Origin: Candidatus Kaiserbacteria bacterium
GTDB lineage: Bacteria; Patescibacteriota; Minisyncoccia; Phycocordibacterales; JABAAK01
Reading direction: 5' to 3'
Length of the DNA stretch: 64,000 nucleotides
NCBI GenBank assembly: GCA_026713605.1
Contig: JAPOOC010000005.1
Location: forward strand, 18,836-82,835
The translations under genes and the position numbers were made by a program. The notes beneath the pieces were generated by a model, which saw only the letters and a list, made by a program, of their open reading frames with translations, was not told the DNA's origin and ran no database searches. Below are positions 17,806 through 27,366 of this stretch, piece by piece; within the stretch, counting starts at the first letter, position 1; every line of letters starts with the position of its first letter.

Positions 17806-20542
17806 AGAAACATTGCAGAATTTTCTGTTCAACAAGATAAAAGAGGATGACAGATACCCATCATTTCGTGAAAATGATGTTCCTGCACATATTGCAGATA
17901 ACCTTGCAAAAAGCAAGACACTCAGACCATATCAGGAAGAGGCAGTGAAACGGTTTCTCTACTGCTTTGGAGAAAGTGGCGGAATACCTCAAAAAAATCA
18001 TCTGCTATTCAACATGGCAACTGGCTCCGGGAAAACATTGATCATGGCGGCTGCTATCCTGCACCTCTATGCAAAAGGATACCGCAACTTCATATTTCTC
18101 GTACACAGCAAAAATATCCTGACACAAGCAATTAACTCTTTTACTAACGCATCGTATGAGAAGTACTTATTTAACCAAAAGATTTCTTTCAATGGCAGGG
18201 CAATTGAAACAAGGAAGGTCACCGATTTTGAGAATGCAAACGATATTGACATCAACATGATATTTATGACCACCCAGTTGTTTTTTAACCGGATGAATAA
18301 TGCTGCTGAGGATGTGTTGCAGAAGAGTGATTTTGCAGATAACCAGACCGTTGTCATTGCAGATGAAGCGCATCACTTGAATGTTGAAACTGCAAAAAAT
18401 ATTAAGGAAAGAGATAACTGGGAACGGTCAGTTACAGAAGTATTGAATATGCGGGATGATAATGTGCTATTAGAGTTCACAGCAACCGTTGATCTGATGA
18501 ACCCGTACATCAATAAAAAGTACAAAGACAAGTTGCTCTATAAATACGATTTTGCAGAATTCAATAACGACGGCTACTCAAAGCAGGTACAATTTCTCTT
18601 TAACAAAGAGGCGAAAATCGCAGATCAAAAGAGGTTGCTTATTGTCAATGCGGTCGCACTGTCACAATTCAGGAAAATGCAGTTTGAAGATTTGGGGTAC
18701 CCACACATTAACCCTATCATGCTCGTCAAGTCAAAAAGGATAGCAGATAGCGAACAAGATAAAGAGTTTTTCCATGAAGTCATAAACACATTAAAGGTTA
18801 GTGATTTCAAATTTCTTAAGAATGTGCAAAAAGACGAGAAACAGGTCGTGTCTTCATTGTTCAAGTATTTAGAACGCAAAAAAATCAGCGAAGGTGCGTT
18901 CATTCAAAGTATTCGCTCAGCTTTTACAGAGAAAAGCACAATCATCTATAATTCAAAAAATCAAAAGAACGCAGAATTGCTGAAGGATTTAGACGAACAA
19001 AATCCAAGAAACATCATTCGCGTTGTGTTTTCGGTCAACGCACTCAACGAAGGGTGGGATGTGCTGTCGCTCTATGACATTGTGCATTTTGATATAGGCA
19101 AGGATAAAAAGGTAAAACAGCAGGATATTCAATTGATCGGGCGAGGTGCACGATACTGCCCTTTTTTGCTTAAGGAGGAAAAGAATAGCCACAATTTATT
19201 CGGCGTATACGGCACCGAACCCGACAAGAGAAAATTTGACGACATTGGCATCAAGATTGACGAAAGAAAGATACTTGATAATTTCTACTATCATTTTGTG
19301 GAAACACAAACATTTCTTGATGGGTTAATTAAGAATCTAAAGAATGAGGGGATTCTCAACGAAGAGGTGCAGAAAGTTTCCATCAAAATGAAAGATTCAT
19401 TTATGCAATCCAATACCTATAAAAAAGGATTTGTATTAGTAAATAGCATCGAAAAAAGGCAAAAGACAACAAAAGATGAGAAGGAGCGGGTGTTCGGAGA
19501 AACACTGGATGTTACGGCATATGAACTAAGTGCGAGAGCCCTGACAGATGCCGAAGAAGCAAAAAATGCGAGCGGCAGAAAGGTTGGAGACATGAACATC
19601 ATAAAAGATTTTGATAGGAACATCATCAAAAAATCACTAATGGCAGCAGAAAATGGTTTTTTTAGATTTGCAAACCTGAAAGAACATATAACCTACCTAC
19701 AATCCATTGATCAATTTATTGATGAAGGTTTGGGTACATACACAATCAGGTATGAGCATCAGGTCGGAAAGGACATACACAATCTGGAAGTGAGAGAGAA
19801 GTTGCAGCTGCTGATAGGTGAAATACTACCAAAAGTGCGCAAGATAGTAGATAGGGAGCTTCCTAAGAAGAGTGCTGGCAGAGAGTTCAGGCCGGTTTCC
19901 TTACGAAAAATCTTTGAAAAAGAGAAGTCAGTGTATATACGATCGCACCCGGAAACCAATGAAAGAACAGGAAAGGTTGAATATGTTTCTCCGGGCGAAA
20001 GGGCGGAGGCGCAGTCGGACAGCAATAATCCAAAGTTGCAATTAGACATCGCAAAGCTTGAGTGGTATGCGTACAACGAAAACTACGGAACAAGCGAAGA
20101 GAAGCGATTCGTCAAGTACATAGATTCTCAAATAGAACAGTTATTTGAAAAGTTCACAGGAGCAGAAATATTTCTTCTAAGGAACGAGTTGGACTACTGG
20201 ATATACGGAGAGGGCGGAAAACGGTTTTCTCCAGATTACCTCTTATTCATCAATGATGCAAAGGGGAAAAAGTTCTACTACCAATGCATTTTTGAGCCGA
20301 AGGGATCGCATCTACTGGAAAAGGACAGGTGGAAAGAAAAAACTCTTGAAGAACTTGAAAAGATGACAAAGGTGTCTTTTGATATAAAAGATGGAGATAA
20401 AAAGGCATATGCTAAGTACTTGGGAGAAGTAAAAAAGATGGGGTACACGATAATCAAGAATATGGGATTCGCATTCTATAACTCGGAAAATGCAGAGCAG
20501 TCACTCAAATTTAAGGGACAATTTCAAAAAATATATGATTGA
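17792..20542 (+). CDS. res: type III restriction enzyme Res subunit (SF2 helicase-nuclease)
   Basis: Helicase motif I NMATGSGKT and motif II VIADEAHHLN. 916 aa. Overlaps mod. Confidence 0.8.
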   Translation: MPTLEETLQNFLFNKIKEDDRYPSFRENDVPAHIADNLAKSKTLRPYQEEAVKRFLYCFGESGGIPQKNHLLFNMATGSGKTLIMAAAILHLYAKGYRNFIFLVHSKNILTQAINSFTNASYEKYLFNQKISFNGRAIETRKVTDFENANDIDINMIFMTTQLFFNRMNNAAEDVLQKSDFADNQTVVIADEAHHLNVETAKNIKERDNWERSVTEVLNMRDDNVLLEFTATVDLMNPYINKKYKDKLLYKYDFAEFNNDGYSKQVQFLFNKEAKIADQKRLLIVNAVALSQFRKMQFEDLGYPHINPIMLVKSKRIADSEQDKEFFHEVINTLKVSDFKFLKNVQKDEKQVVSSLFKYLERKKISEGAFIQSIRSAFTEKSTIIYNSKNQKNAELLKDLDEQNPRNIIRVVFSVNALNEGWDVLSLYDIVHFDIGKDKKVKQQDIQLIGRGARYCPFLLKEEKNSHNLFGVYGTEPDKRKFDDIGIKIDERKILDNFYYHFVETQTFLDGLIKNLKNEGILNEEVQKVSIKMKDSFMQSNTYKKGFVLVNSIEKRQKTTKDEKERVFGETLDVTAYELSARALTDAEEAKNASGRKVGDMNIIKDFDRNIIKKSLMAAENGFFRFANLKEHITYLQSIDQFIDEGLGTYTIRYEHQVGKDIHNLEVREKLQLLIGEILPKVRKIVDRELPKKSAGREFRPVSLRKIFEKEKSVYIRSHPETNERTGKVEYVSPGERAEAQSDSNNPKLQLDIAKLEWYAYNENYGTSEEKRFVKYIDSQIEQLFEKFTGAEIFLLRNELDYWIYGEGGKRFSPDYLLFINDAKGKKFYYQCIFEPKGSHLLEKDRWKEKTLEELEKMTKVSFDIKDGDKKAYAKYLGEVKKMGYTIIKNMGFAFYNSENAEQSLKFKGQFQKIYD

Positions 20543-20753
20543 TAAGATGAGGTGCGGGTGTACTTTACCTTCTCAACATCTCACATCACAGCGTTAAGGG
20601 TTTGTCAAAGCATTACTGTTTTTCCAAAAATAAGTACTATGTATATCTGTACGACACTTTTTGGAGGTCTAAATAGTGGACATGCCACCCGGAGTTTTAG
20701 GTCTCCGTTATCAAAACCTTTTTTTCATACACCGCCAAGCAACCTACCGGCAG

Positions 20754-21302
20754 TTACCTGCTCTCATGCAAAGTTTTTTCTACAAGATCCCAGAAGCGTT
20801 TTGAGTGATTCATTTCCTTGAGGTGGCAGAGTTCGTGAACAATAAGTTTGTCGGCCTCCCGTTTGGGTAGGAATATAATTTTATAGTTGAAAGTGATATT
20901 TCTGTTTGATGAACAAATGCCCCAGCTCGCCCGAAGTTGTTTTACCCGTATCATGTTATACGAAAATTTATTCTTCCTATTCCAGTAGGAAACCTTTTCT
21001 TCGCAAAAACGCTCCGCCCGCTCTTTGTACCGAAGAAAGTGCGCACGATCTTCAATCGCAAGGTTCTCATTCGTTCCATATTTTTTTGCTAACGATTCAG
21101 TGCGTTCCGTTATCCATGGCTGCTTCTCTCGAATAAATGTTTCAACAGTCGCCTGTTTAACCCACTTCGGTTTGGTAACCGTTATTTTCCCGCCGATACC
21201 AACTGCAAGCTTTAGGTATCGCGCTTTCGGGTGGTTAAGCAACTCATAGGCGATGTATTGATTTTTATATCTAATTTTTTGTTGCGAGCGACGGGTACTC
21301 AT
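20754..21302 (-). CDS. DUF45/YgjP-like (M48-family) zinc metallohydrolase
   Basis: HExxH motif in IVHELCHLKEMNHSKRFW, typical of the YgjP/DUF45 family that is frequently linked to R-M loci. 182 aa. Confidence 0.65.
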   Translation of the reverse strand: MSTRRSQQKIRYKNQYIAYELLNHPKARYLKLAVGIGGKITVTKPKWVKQATVETFIREKQPWITERTESLAKKYGTNENLAIEDRAHFLRYKERAERFCEEKVSYWNRKNKFSYNMIRVKQLRASWGICSSNRNITFNYKIIFLPKREADKLIVHELCHLKEMNHSKRFWDLVEKTLHESR

Positions 21303-21425
21303 ACATCAAACAGTATAGCCATCTGCGCCCAAAAAAAGCAACTTGACAAAAAATGGTATCATTATATATAAAAACACCCCGAAAAAAATGAGTTTGTTCG
21401 GGGTGTTTAAGCAAGGTCGCGCTCC

Positions 21426-21917
21426 TCATTCAGCGTCCTCGTCATAGACAACTACAAGGGTGTTGCTCCGCCCATTTCTGGAAGAGACAAACAGGTTATG
21501 GTGGGTGGCAAAAAAAGTGGTAATACCTTCATTGAAGAATCGTTTGGGCAAATCAAGGGTAAAAGTTTTCTGTCCATCCGCTTGAAGATAGGGCGGGCCC
21601 ACTACCGAACTCACGGTGTAGTAGCCAACCTCATGAATGTCATCTTTAAAGAGCCATATCCGATCGCCATTTTTGAAAGTGCCACGATCCGCCATGAAAA
21701 CCAGAGTAACCTCTTCGCCATCAAACCGGGTAATGTTGTCATGTGGCTCACCGGTGTCGTCAGATGGGTCAAGGGTAAGAGTGAAAGGGAAGAACCCTCC
21801 TTCAGGCAGGGGTGGCTGAAATAAATGAAACATGCCAATCCTATCGGTGTCACATCCGATGATATCAATGCCAACCAACAGAAAAAGCAAACAGAGCAGA
21901 CCAAATTTTTTAAGCAT
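21426..21917 (-). CDS. hypothetical lipoprotein/secreted protein
   Basis: The probable true start MLKKFGLLCLLFLLVGIDIIGC is a signal peptide with a lipobox-like Cys. A downstream bidirectional hairpin terminator lies at about 21370-21405. Confidence 0.4.
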   Translation of the reverse strand: MLKKFGLLCLLFLLVGIDIIGCDTDRIGMFHLFQPPLPEGGFFPFTLTLDPSDDTGEPHDNITRFDGEEVTLVFMADRGTFKNGDRIWLFKDDIHEVGYYTVSSVVGPPYLQADGQKTFTLDLPKRFFNEGITTFFATHHNLFVSSRNGRSNTLVVVYDEDAE

Positions 21918-22000
21918 GCGTTCCTCCTTCGCAAAAAGTGCACTGTTCCAATCCATACTTGTTATAGCACAGAACAAAGATACACAAATGAGCGTATACT

Positions 22001-23089
22001 ATGGGTATGAATATATCCATAGGCATTGTCGGGCTGCCAAATACCGGGAAGAGTACGCTGTTTAACGCACTAACAAAAAAAGCGGTGCCAGCAGAGAACT
22101 TTCCGTTCTGCACCATTGACCCGGCAGTTGGGGTGGTACCGGTGCCAGACGAGCGACTTGAAAAACTCGGGAAAATGTCTGCATCTAAAGAAATTGTTCC
22201 CACGGTGATTGAGTTTGTTGATATTGCGGGACTCGTACGGGGCGCATCTGAAGGCGAAGGGTTGGGAAATGCGTTTCTCTCACACATACGAGAGGTGGAT
22301 GCCATTGCCCACACCGTGCGCTGTTTCTTGGATGACTCAGTCACCCATGTGGACGGCGAAGTAAATCCAGTGCGGGATATTGAAGTCATAGAAACCGAAC
22401 TACTGTTAGCAGACATACAATTAGCAGAGCGGCGATTAGAAAAGGTAGAAAAAGAAGTAAAACGAGGCACTGAGGAGGCAATCGCAGAGAAAGCATTGTT
22501 AGAAGAGGCACTAACGGCGTTGCGCGAGGGACGAATGGTGGCATCACTCTCGCTTGACGATGAAAAACAGCAGAAATTGTGTCAATTGGGACTGCTCACC
22601 GGTAAACCAGTAATGTTTGTCTGCAACATCGGTGCGCACGATGACGAACGGTGCGTGGCACAAGTACAGGAGTGCGCGGCACGGACGGGAAGTGAGGTGG
22701 TAACAGTATCCGCACAGACCGAACAAGAACTATCTGTACTTGATCCGAAAGAAGCAAAGAGCATACGCGAGGAATTAGCAGTCGTTGGTGGCGGCCTGGA
22801 TGCCATTATACAAACAGCATACAAAACACTCGGGTATATTTCATTTTTCACCACCGGTGAAAAGGAAACCCGCGCATGGGCAATACCAAAAGGTTCAACG
22901 GCACCGCAGGCAGGTGGAGCAATCCACACTGATTTTGAAAAAAACTTTATTCGCGCGGAAACAATCGCGTACGATGAGCTGCTTGCCACCGGCTCGTATG
23001 CAACAGCACGAGAAACCGGCAAGCTCCGCCTAGAGGGCAAGGACTACCATGTCCAAGACGGCGATGTCATCATCTTCCGGCACGGGTAA
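22001..23089 (+). CDS. ychF: redox-regulated ribosome-binding ATPase YchF
   Basis: IGIVGLPNTGKSTLFNALT G1 motif, a TGS-like C-terminus, 362 aa. Confidence 0.85.
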   Translation: MGMNISIGIVGLPNTGKSTLFNALTKKAVPAENFPFCTIDPAVGVVPVPDERLEKLGKMSASKEIVPTVIEFVDIAGLVRGASEGEGLGNAFLSHIREVDAIAHTVRCFLDDSVTHVDGEVNPVRDIEVIETELLLADIQLAERRLEKVEKEVKRGTEEAIAEKALLEEALTALREGRMVASLSLDDEKQQKLCQLGLLTGKPVMFVCNIGAHDDERCVAQVQECAARTGSEVVTVSAQTEQELSVLDPKEAKSIREELAVVGGGLDAIIQTAYKTLGYISFFTTGEKETRAWAIPKGSTAPQAGGAIHTDFEKNFIRAETIAYDELLATGSYATARETGKLRLEGKDYHVQDGDVIIFRHG

Positions 23090-23104
23090 CAAAAGGTTGG
23101 CAAA

Positions 23105-24613
23105 TTAGACAGGAAACTGTGTTTCCAATGTTTCGGTGAGCGTGGGCAGGAGACCGCCGAGGTCACCAGAAGAAAGGCAGAGGATGAGGTCACCTTCTTT
23201 AATCTCCGTAAGGAGTGGAGAAAGGTCGTTGCGCAACTGAACTGCATCAGCGCCACCGTCTGTAATATGGGTGAGTATCGCTTCACCGGCGACAGTAGTG
23301 TCGTCTTGCGGGGCGGGCACAGCATCCAGATAGACAAACACCTTCTCCGCACCGTCAAAGAGCCCTTGATAGCGATCAACATATTCTTTTCTCCGCCAAG
23401 AAAGAGAGTGGGGTTCAAAGACAACAAGCAATCGCTTATCAGGGAAATGTGTCTTCATCGCGGCAAGGGCAGAGAGGGCTTTGCCATGAGAGGAGCCAAA
23501 CCCTTCGTAGAGCAACACCGATGATTTTTCCGTCTTTTTGTCTAACCGTCGGCGAAGACCAGTGAATGTGCGTATCCGCTCTTGCAGTACTTCCGGTGTG
23601 ATGAGTTTCCTTTCCAACAAAAGCGCGGAGACACCAACAATATTTTCTATGTTGTGTCGCCCAAGCAGTGGGGTGGTGAGTGATGTAATGGTTTTGCCAG
23701 TATGGCAGAGATCAAATGAGGTTTCTACGCCGTACACAATAGCATCCGCATACCAGTCGGTCTTGTATTCTGGACTAGCGCCATAGGTTATGACCGGCCG
23801 CTGTATGGTCGGCAATGTTTCCTGCATCTGCTCATCCTCACCACTCACAATCAAGAGACCATCACTTGGGAGCGTATCTATGAGTTGCAGAAATGGTGCA
23901 GTGTATGCCTCTTGTGTCGGAAAGACATTGAGGTGGTCATGTTCCAAAGAGGTAATAAGGAGGTCGATTGCATTATAGTAGAAAAATTTTGAGATCGGGT
24001 CAGTGTTTGCGGCAGGATATTCATCCCCCTCAAGAATGAAAAGATCTCCTTTCCCTGATCGGGCATTAGTAGCAAGATTATACGGTAAAGCACCGATGAA
24101 AAAACTCGGGTCTTGCTCCATAAGACACCATGCGGCCATACCAGCACAGGTTGACTTACCGTAGCTACCCGCACAGATCAAATTATGCGTGCGCTTTGTA
24201 AGATCTTGCAACACTTCCGGAAAAGAGCGGATGGTAAAATTGTTATCATACACATAGGCGACCTCCTCATTTTCTTCCTTGGTGAGTCCGGCGTGTTTGC
24301 CAACGACAATCAAATCAGCATCGCGTGGCACATTATTTTTACTATGCGTCTTAGCATAGGGAATGTGGTGTTGCTCCAAGTAGGTGGTAATCGGCGGGTA
24401 AGCCCCCTCATCTGACCCACTGACTTCCCAGCCAAGTGTTTTGAGGAGTTGCGCAGTGGCACTCATACCTGCGCCGGCGATACCGATGAAATAGGCCTTT
24501 TTCCTGCGAAAGGGAAGTGCGGCGCGTATCTTCTGCATGAAATGCATACTATCACTATACCGCATAATTACATGAAAAGTGGGCGCAAAAGAAACCAATT
24601 TTTGCATTTGCAA
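23105..24613 (-). CDS. Mur ligase family protein, MurC/Mpl-like (UDP-N-acetylmuramate-L-Ala or tripeptide ligase)
   Basis: N-terminal YFIGIAGAGMSATAQLL...GSDEGAYPPITTYLE resembles MurC/Mpl (GSDxxxYPPM). Central Mur ligase domain. True start is probably an internal Met (MHFMQK...). Confidence 0.65.
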   Translation of the reverse strand: MQMQKLVSFAPTFHVIMRYSDSMHFMQKIRAALPFRRKKAYFIGIAGAGMSATAQLLKTLGWEVSGSDEGAYPPITTYLEQHHIPYAKTHSKNNVPRDADLIVVGKHAGLTKEENEEVAYVYDNNFTIRSFPEVLQDLTKRTHNLICAGSYGKSTCAGMAAWCLMEQDPSFFIGALPYNLATNARSGKGDLFILEGDEYPAANTDPISKFFYYNAIDLLITSLEHDHLNVFPTQEAYTAPFLQLIDTLPSDGLLIVSGEDEQMQETLPTIQRPVITYGASPEYKTDWYADAIVYGVETSFDLCHTGKTITSLTTPLLGRHNIENIVGVSALLLERKLITPEVLQERIRTFTGLRRRLDKKTEKSSVLLYEGFGSSHGKALSALAAMKTHFPDKRLLVVFEPHSLSWRRKEYVDRYQGLFDGAEKVFVYLDAVPAPQDDTTVAGEAILTHITDGGADAVQLRNDLSPLLTEIKEGDLILCLSSGDLGGLLPTLTETLETQFPV

Positions 24614-24699
24614 AGGTTTTTGTGTATACTTGAAAGGTAATCGATTTATTTAAGGATTACATACCTAAATTATTTAATTTTTTAATAAATTAATTCAAT

Positions 24700-25032
24700 A
24701 TGAATGTAACAATAAAACCATTGGGTGATCGTGTGCTTGTTGAGGTAGATGAAACGGGAGAAGAAACACGGTCCGGTATTATTATCCCAAAAAGCTCTGA
24801 AGAGAGTGGTGGCGCCGTACATATTGGCAAAGTTATCGCAGTTGGTGACGGAAGAGAAACTGACAACGGAACGGTTGTGAAACCAAAAGTGGCAGTTGGA
24901 CAAAAGGTCGCATTTTCATGGGGCGAGAAAATAGAAGTTGGCGGGAAAGAATACCATTTGGTCGGCGAAAGCAGCTTGCTTGGGATTCTACAAGATGGCA
25001 ACGCAGCATTGACAAGTGGGAACATTGCATAG
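24700..25032 (+). CDS. groES: co-chaperonin GroES
   Basis: IKPLGDRVLVE... typical GroES, immediately upstream of groEL. Confidence 0.85.
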   Translation: MNVTIKPLGDRVLVEVDETGEETRSGIIIPKSSEESGGAVHIGKVIAVGDGRETDNGTVVKPKVAVGQKVAFSWGEKIEVGGKEYHLVGESSLLGILQDGNAALTSGNIA

Positions 25033-25129
25033 CAAAAATAGTAAAAAAGTGGCAAGATTTGATTTTTTTGCCATTTTTTACTATAATGAAAATATCTATT
25101 ATTAATCTTCATGGTGTTATAGAGTAATT

Positions 25130-26803
25130 ATGGCTAAACAAATTATATTTCACGAGGACGCACGCGCTAAAGTAAAAAAAGGCGTTGATGCTGTTGCGAA
25201 AGCAGTTGGAGTCACCCTCGGGCCGTTTGGGCGAAATGTTGTCCTACAGAAATCGTTTGGTGGGCCGACTATTACTAACGACGGGGTTTCCATTGCGAAA
25301 GACATTTCGCTTGAGGATGCGTTTGAAAATATCGGTGCTGACATTATAAAAGAAGTCGCCAATAAAACAAATGAATTGGCAGGGGATGGTACAAGTACTT
25401 CAGTCGTATTAGCGCAATCTATGGTTGACGAAGGGCTGAAGCAGATTGACAAAGGGGTGAATGCAATGTCCGTGCGAAGAGGTATGGAAAAGGCACACAA
25501 AATGGTGGAAGAGCAATTGGCACAAATGAAGCGGAACATCGCCGGTGACGCCGAGGTGGTACACATCGCCTCAGTATCCGCAGAATCCGAAGAGTTCGGA
25601 AAAATCATCGCTGAAACCGTGCAAAAAGTTGGGAATAAGGGGGTGGTCACTGTGGAAGAGTCCCAATCATTTGGTATTGAGTCCGAGGTGGTAGAGGGAT
25701 TGGAAATAGACAACGGATACATCTCACCATATATGATGACCAACCCAGATCGTCTGGAAGCAGAATACAAGGATGTGCCAGTATTGATAACAAGCGAGAA
25801 AATTTCAGGAGTAAAAGAGATACTGCCGTTTCTTGAAAAACTAACCCAGATGGGTACAAAAGATTTAGTGATTATTGCCGAAGATGTTGAGGGAGAGGCA
25901 TTAACCACTTTCGTTTTAAATAAACTTCGTGGCACTTTCAATGTGCTCGCAATAAAAGCACCCGGATTCGGAGACCGAAAGAAAGACATGCTCGGTGATA
26001 TTGCCGTTACCATCGGCGCACAGGTTATCTCCAAAGACGCCGGGATGTCTTTTGAAAATATCGGTCCTGAAGTGCTTGGTCGCGCAGCAAGAATTGTCGC
26101 AAAAAAAGATAGCGCAATTATCGTTGGTGCCGCTGATGTAAAAGGAGCCGTTGATGAACGCGTTCGCTCTCTTGAGGCAACACTGCAAGAAACAGATCAA
26201 TCATTTGAGAAAGAGAAGGTGGAGGAGCGCATTGCAAAACTTTCCGGAGGTGTGGCGGTAATTCGTGTTGGAGCAGCGACTGAAGCTGAAATGAAATATC
26301 TAAAACTCAAAATTGAGGATGCAGTAAACGCAACAAAAGCGGCATTAGAAGAGGGAGTCATCGCAGGTGGTGGCGCGGCATTCGTACACATCGCAAAACA
26401 CCTACGAGATCAGAAAACAAGCACACAATGGGCTGATGAGTATGAAGAAAAAGGGTACAGCATTGTCATTGACGCGCTTGAAGCACCGTTGACACGCATC
26501 GTTGAAAACGCCATCGGCGACGGCGAGGGAAAAGCGGTCGTACGAAAGGTACAAGACGCAGCAAGTAAAACAGCAGGGTACAACGCCCTCAAACAATCCT
26601 ATGTGGACGATATGTTCTCTGCCGGCATCATTGATCCAGTGAAAGTCGCTCGAGGTGGTCTACAGCACGCGGTCTCAACCGTCGGCATATTCCTAACAAC
26701 CGAAGCAGCCGTAGCTGACATACCTGAGAAAGATAACGGACCAGAAATAGACCCAACAGGTGGTATGGGAGGCATGGGCGGTATGGGTGGCGGTATGTAC
26801 TAA
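25130..26803 (+). CDS. groEL: chaperonin GroEL
   Basis: 557 aa with conserved GroEL blocks (AVKAPGFGDRRK-like AIKAPGFGDRKK). C-terminal GGM repeat tail GGMGGMGGMGGGMY. Confidence 0.9.
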   Translation: MAKQIIFHEDARAKVKKGVDAVAKAVGVTLGPFGRNVVLQKSFGGPTITNDGVSIAKDISLEDAFENIGADIIKEVANKTNELAGDGTSTSVVLAQSMVDEGLKQIDKGVNAMSVRRGMEKAHKMVEEQLAQMKRNIAGDAEVVHIASVSAESEEFGKIIAETVQKVGNKGVVTVEESQSFGIESEVVEGLEIDNGYISPYMMTNPDRLEAEYKDVPVLITSEKISGVKEILPFLEKLTQMGTKDLVIIAEDVEGEALTTFVLNKLRGTFNVLAIKAPGFGDRKKDMLGDIAVTIGAQVISKDAGMSFENIGPEVLGRAARIVAKKDSAIIVGAADVKGAVDERVRSLEATLQETDQSFEKEKVEERIAKLSGGVAVIRVGAATEAEMKYLKLKIEDAVNATKAALEEGVIAGGGAAFVHIAKHLRDQKTSTQWADEYEEKGYSIVIDALEAPLTRIVENAIGDGEGKAVVRKVQDAASKTAGYNALKQSYVDDMFSAGIIDPVKVARGGLQHAVSTVGIFLTTEAAVADIPEKDNGPEIDPTGGMGGMGGMGGGMY

Positions 26804-26822
26804 ACAAACGCACACCAAGTAC

Positions 26823-26935
26823 CCAAAAAAATACGGGCTACGGCTTAGTGCCGCAGCCCGCAAGGGAAAAAAGAAAAAACCCACAGTGTTTGTTAACCTG
26901 TGGGTTTGAGGTTGAAGGCCAATCCTCACGGCCTT
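26823..26935 (-). repeat. Conserved terminator module, copy A (double-hairpin plus U-run); second copy at 43490-43602
   Basis: About 113 bp, roughly 97% identical to 43490-43602. Read on the minus strand it contains, in order, hairpins AAGGCC..GGCCTT, CCCACAGGTTAACAAACACTGTGGG + TTTTTTCTTTTTT, and CGGGCTGCGGC..GCCGTAGCCCG + TATTTTTTTGG. It lies directly 3' of a minus-strand small ORF. Confidence 0.7.
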
Positions 26936-26943
26936 GAAAAAAT

Positions 26944-27366
26944 TCACTTAGTAATGCGGCGTATGTCCAGATGGAAAAATTCACCCAGCCTTTTCAGAGC
27001 AGGCCGCATACCGACGCAAGTTCTCGTCTGCTCTATCCTATACACCCCCCAAGGGGCTAAGACCGAGTCTTCCGGAATCACGAAAACCTTTTCTTCTTCC
27101 TGTAGACCTTTGGCTGAGTAGAAGGGGTCGCCCCCCTCTTCGAACACACCCTTAAGGGGGAACTGAAGGAAATCCGACTCACTCTCAACTGAGGATCCTT
27201 GAAAAAGATTTACAAACTCTTTCTTCAGCTCTTTTTTTGTAAGAGTGCTACCGAGCACCCCAAGATCAACGCACACGGCGTCAACCTTTTCCAAACTTGA
27301 AATTTGAAAAATATGCAAGGAAACTTTTGTTGTGGCGATGCTGAAAAGCATCTCTTTATGTTTCAT
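26944..27366 (-). CDS. hypothetical small protein (cassette ORF A, ~140 aa)
   Basis: Starts at ATG 27364-27366, preceded by the strong SD AAGGAGGG at 7-nt spacing. The ORF-track version (to 27486) reads through the conserved leader. Not similar to the ORF at the second cassette. Confidence 0.45.
   Translation of the reverse strand: MKHKEMLFSIATTKVSLHIFQISSLEKVDAVCVDLGVLGSTLTKKELKKEFVNLFQGSSVESESDFLQFPLKGVFEEGGDPFYSAKGLQEEEKVFVIPEDSVLAPWGVYRIEQTRTCVGMRPALKRLGEFFHLDIRRITK

Noticed and set aside
21340-21410. Plus-strand TTGACA..TATATA promoter followed by hairpin ACACCCCGAA..TTCGGGGTGT as a tiny plus-strand RNA.
   Set aside because: The hairpin is better explained as the terminator of the minus-strand lipoprotein gene (T-run on the minus strand), and the AT-rich box doubles as the -10 region for the minus-strand DUF45 gene; no independent support for a plus-strand transcript.
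20543-21430. Direct repeat of the tRNA-Gln 3' end (att site) marking the far end of the defense island, and an integrase gene.
   Set aside because: No match to GGTTCGAGTCCTAGTCCGGCAG found by eye at the island's distal end and no integrase or recombinase ORF in the island; island mobility remains unproven.
24614-24700. CIRCE (HrcA) operator upstream of groES.
   Set aside because: No TTAGCACTC-N9-GAGTGCTAA-like inverted repeat is present in the AT-rich upstream region.
25150-26034. Long antisense ORFs inside groEL, livH (1774..2388), ligA and valS.
   Set aside because: They are fully embedded opposite strongly supported conserved genes, have Ser/Thr/Pro/Ala-rich low-complexity translations, and no ribosome-binding or promoter context; typical shadow ORFs.
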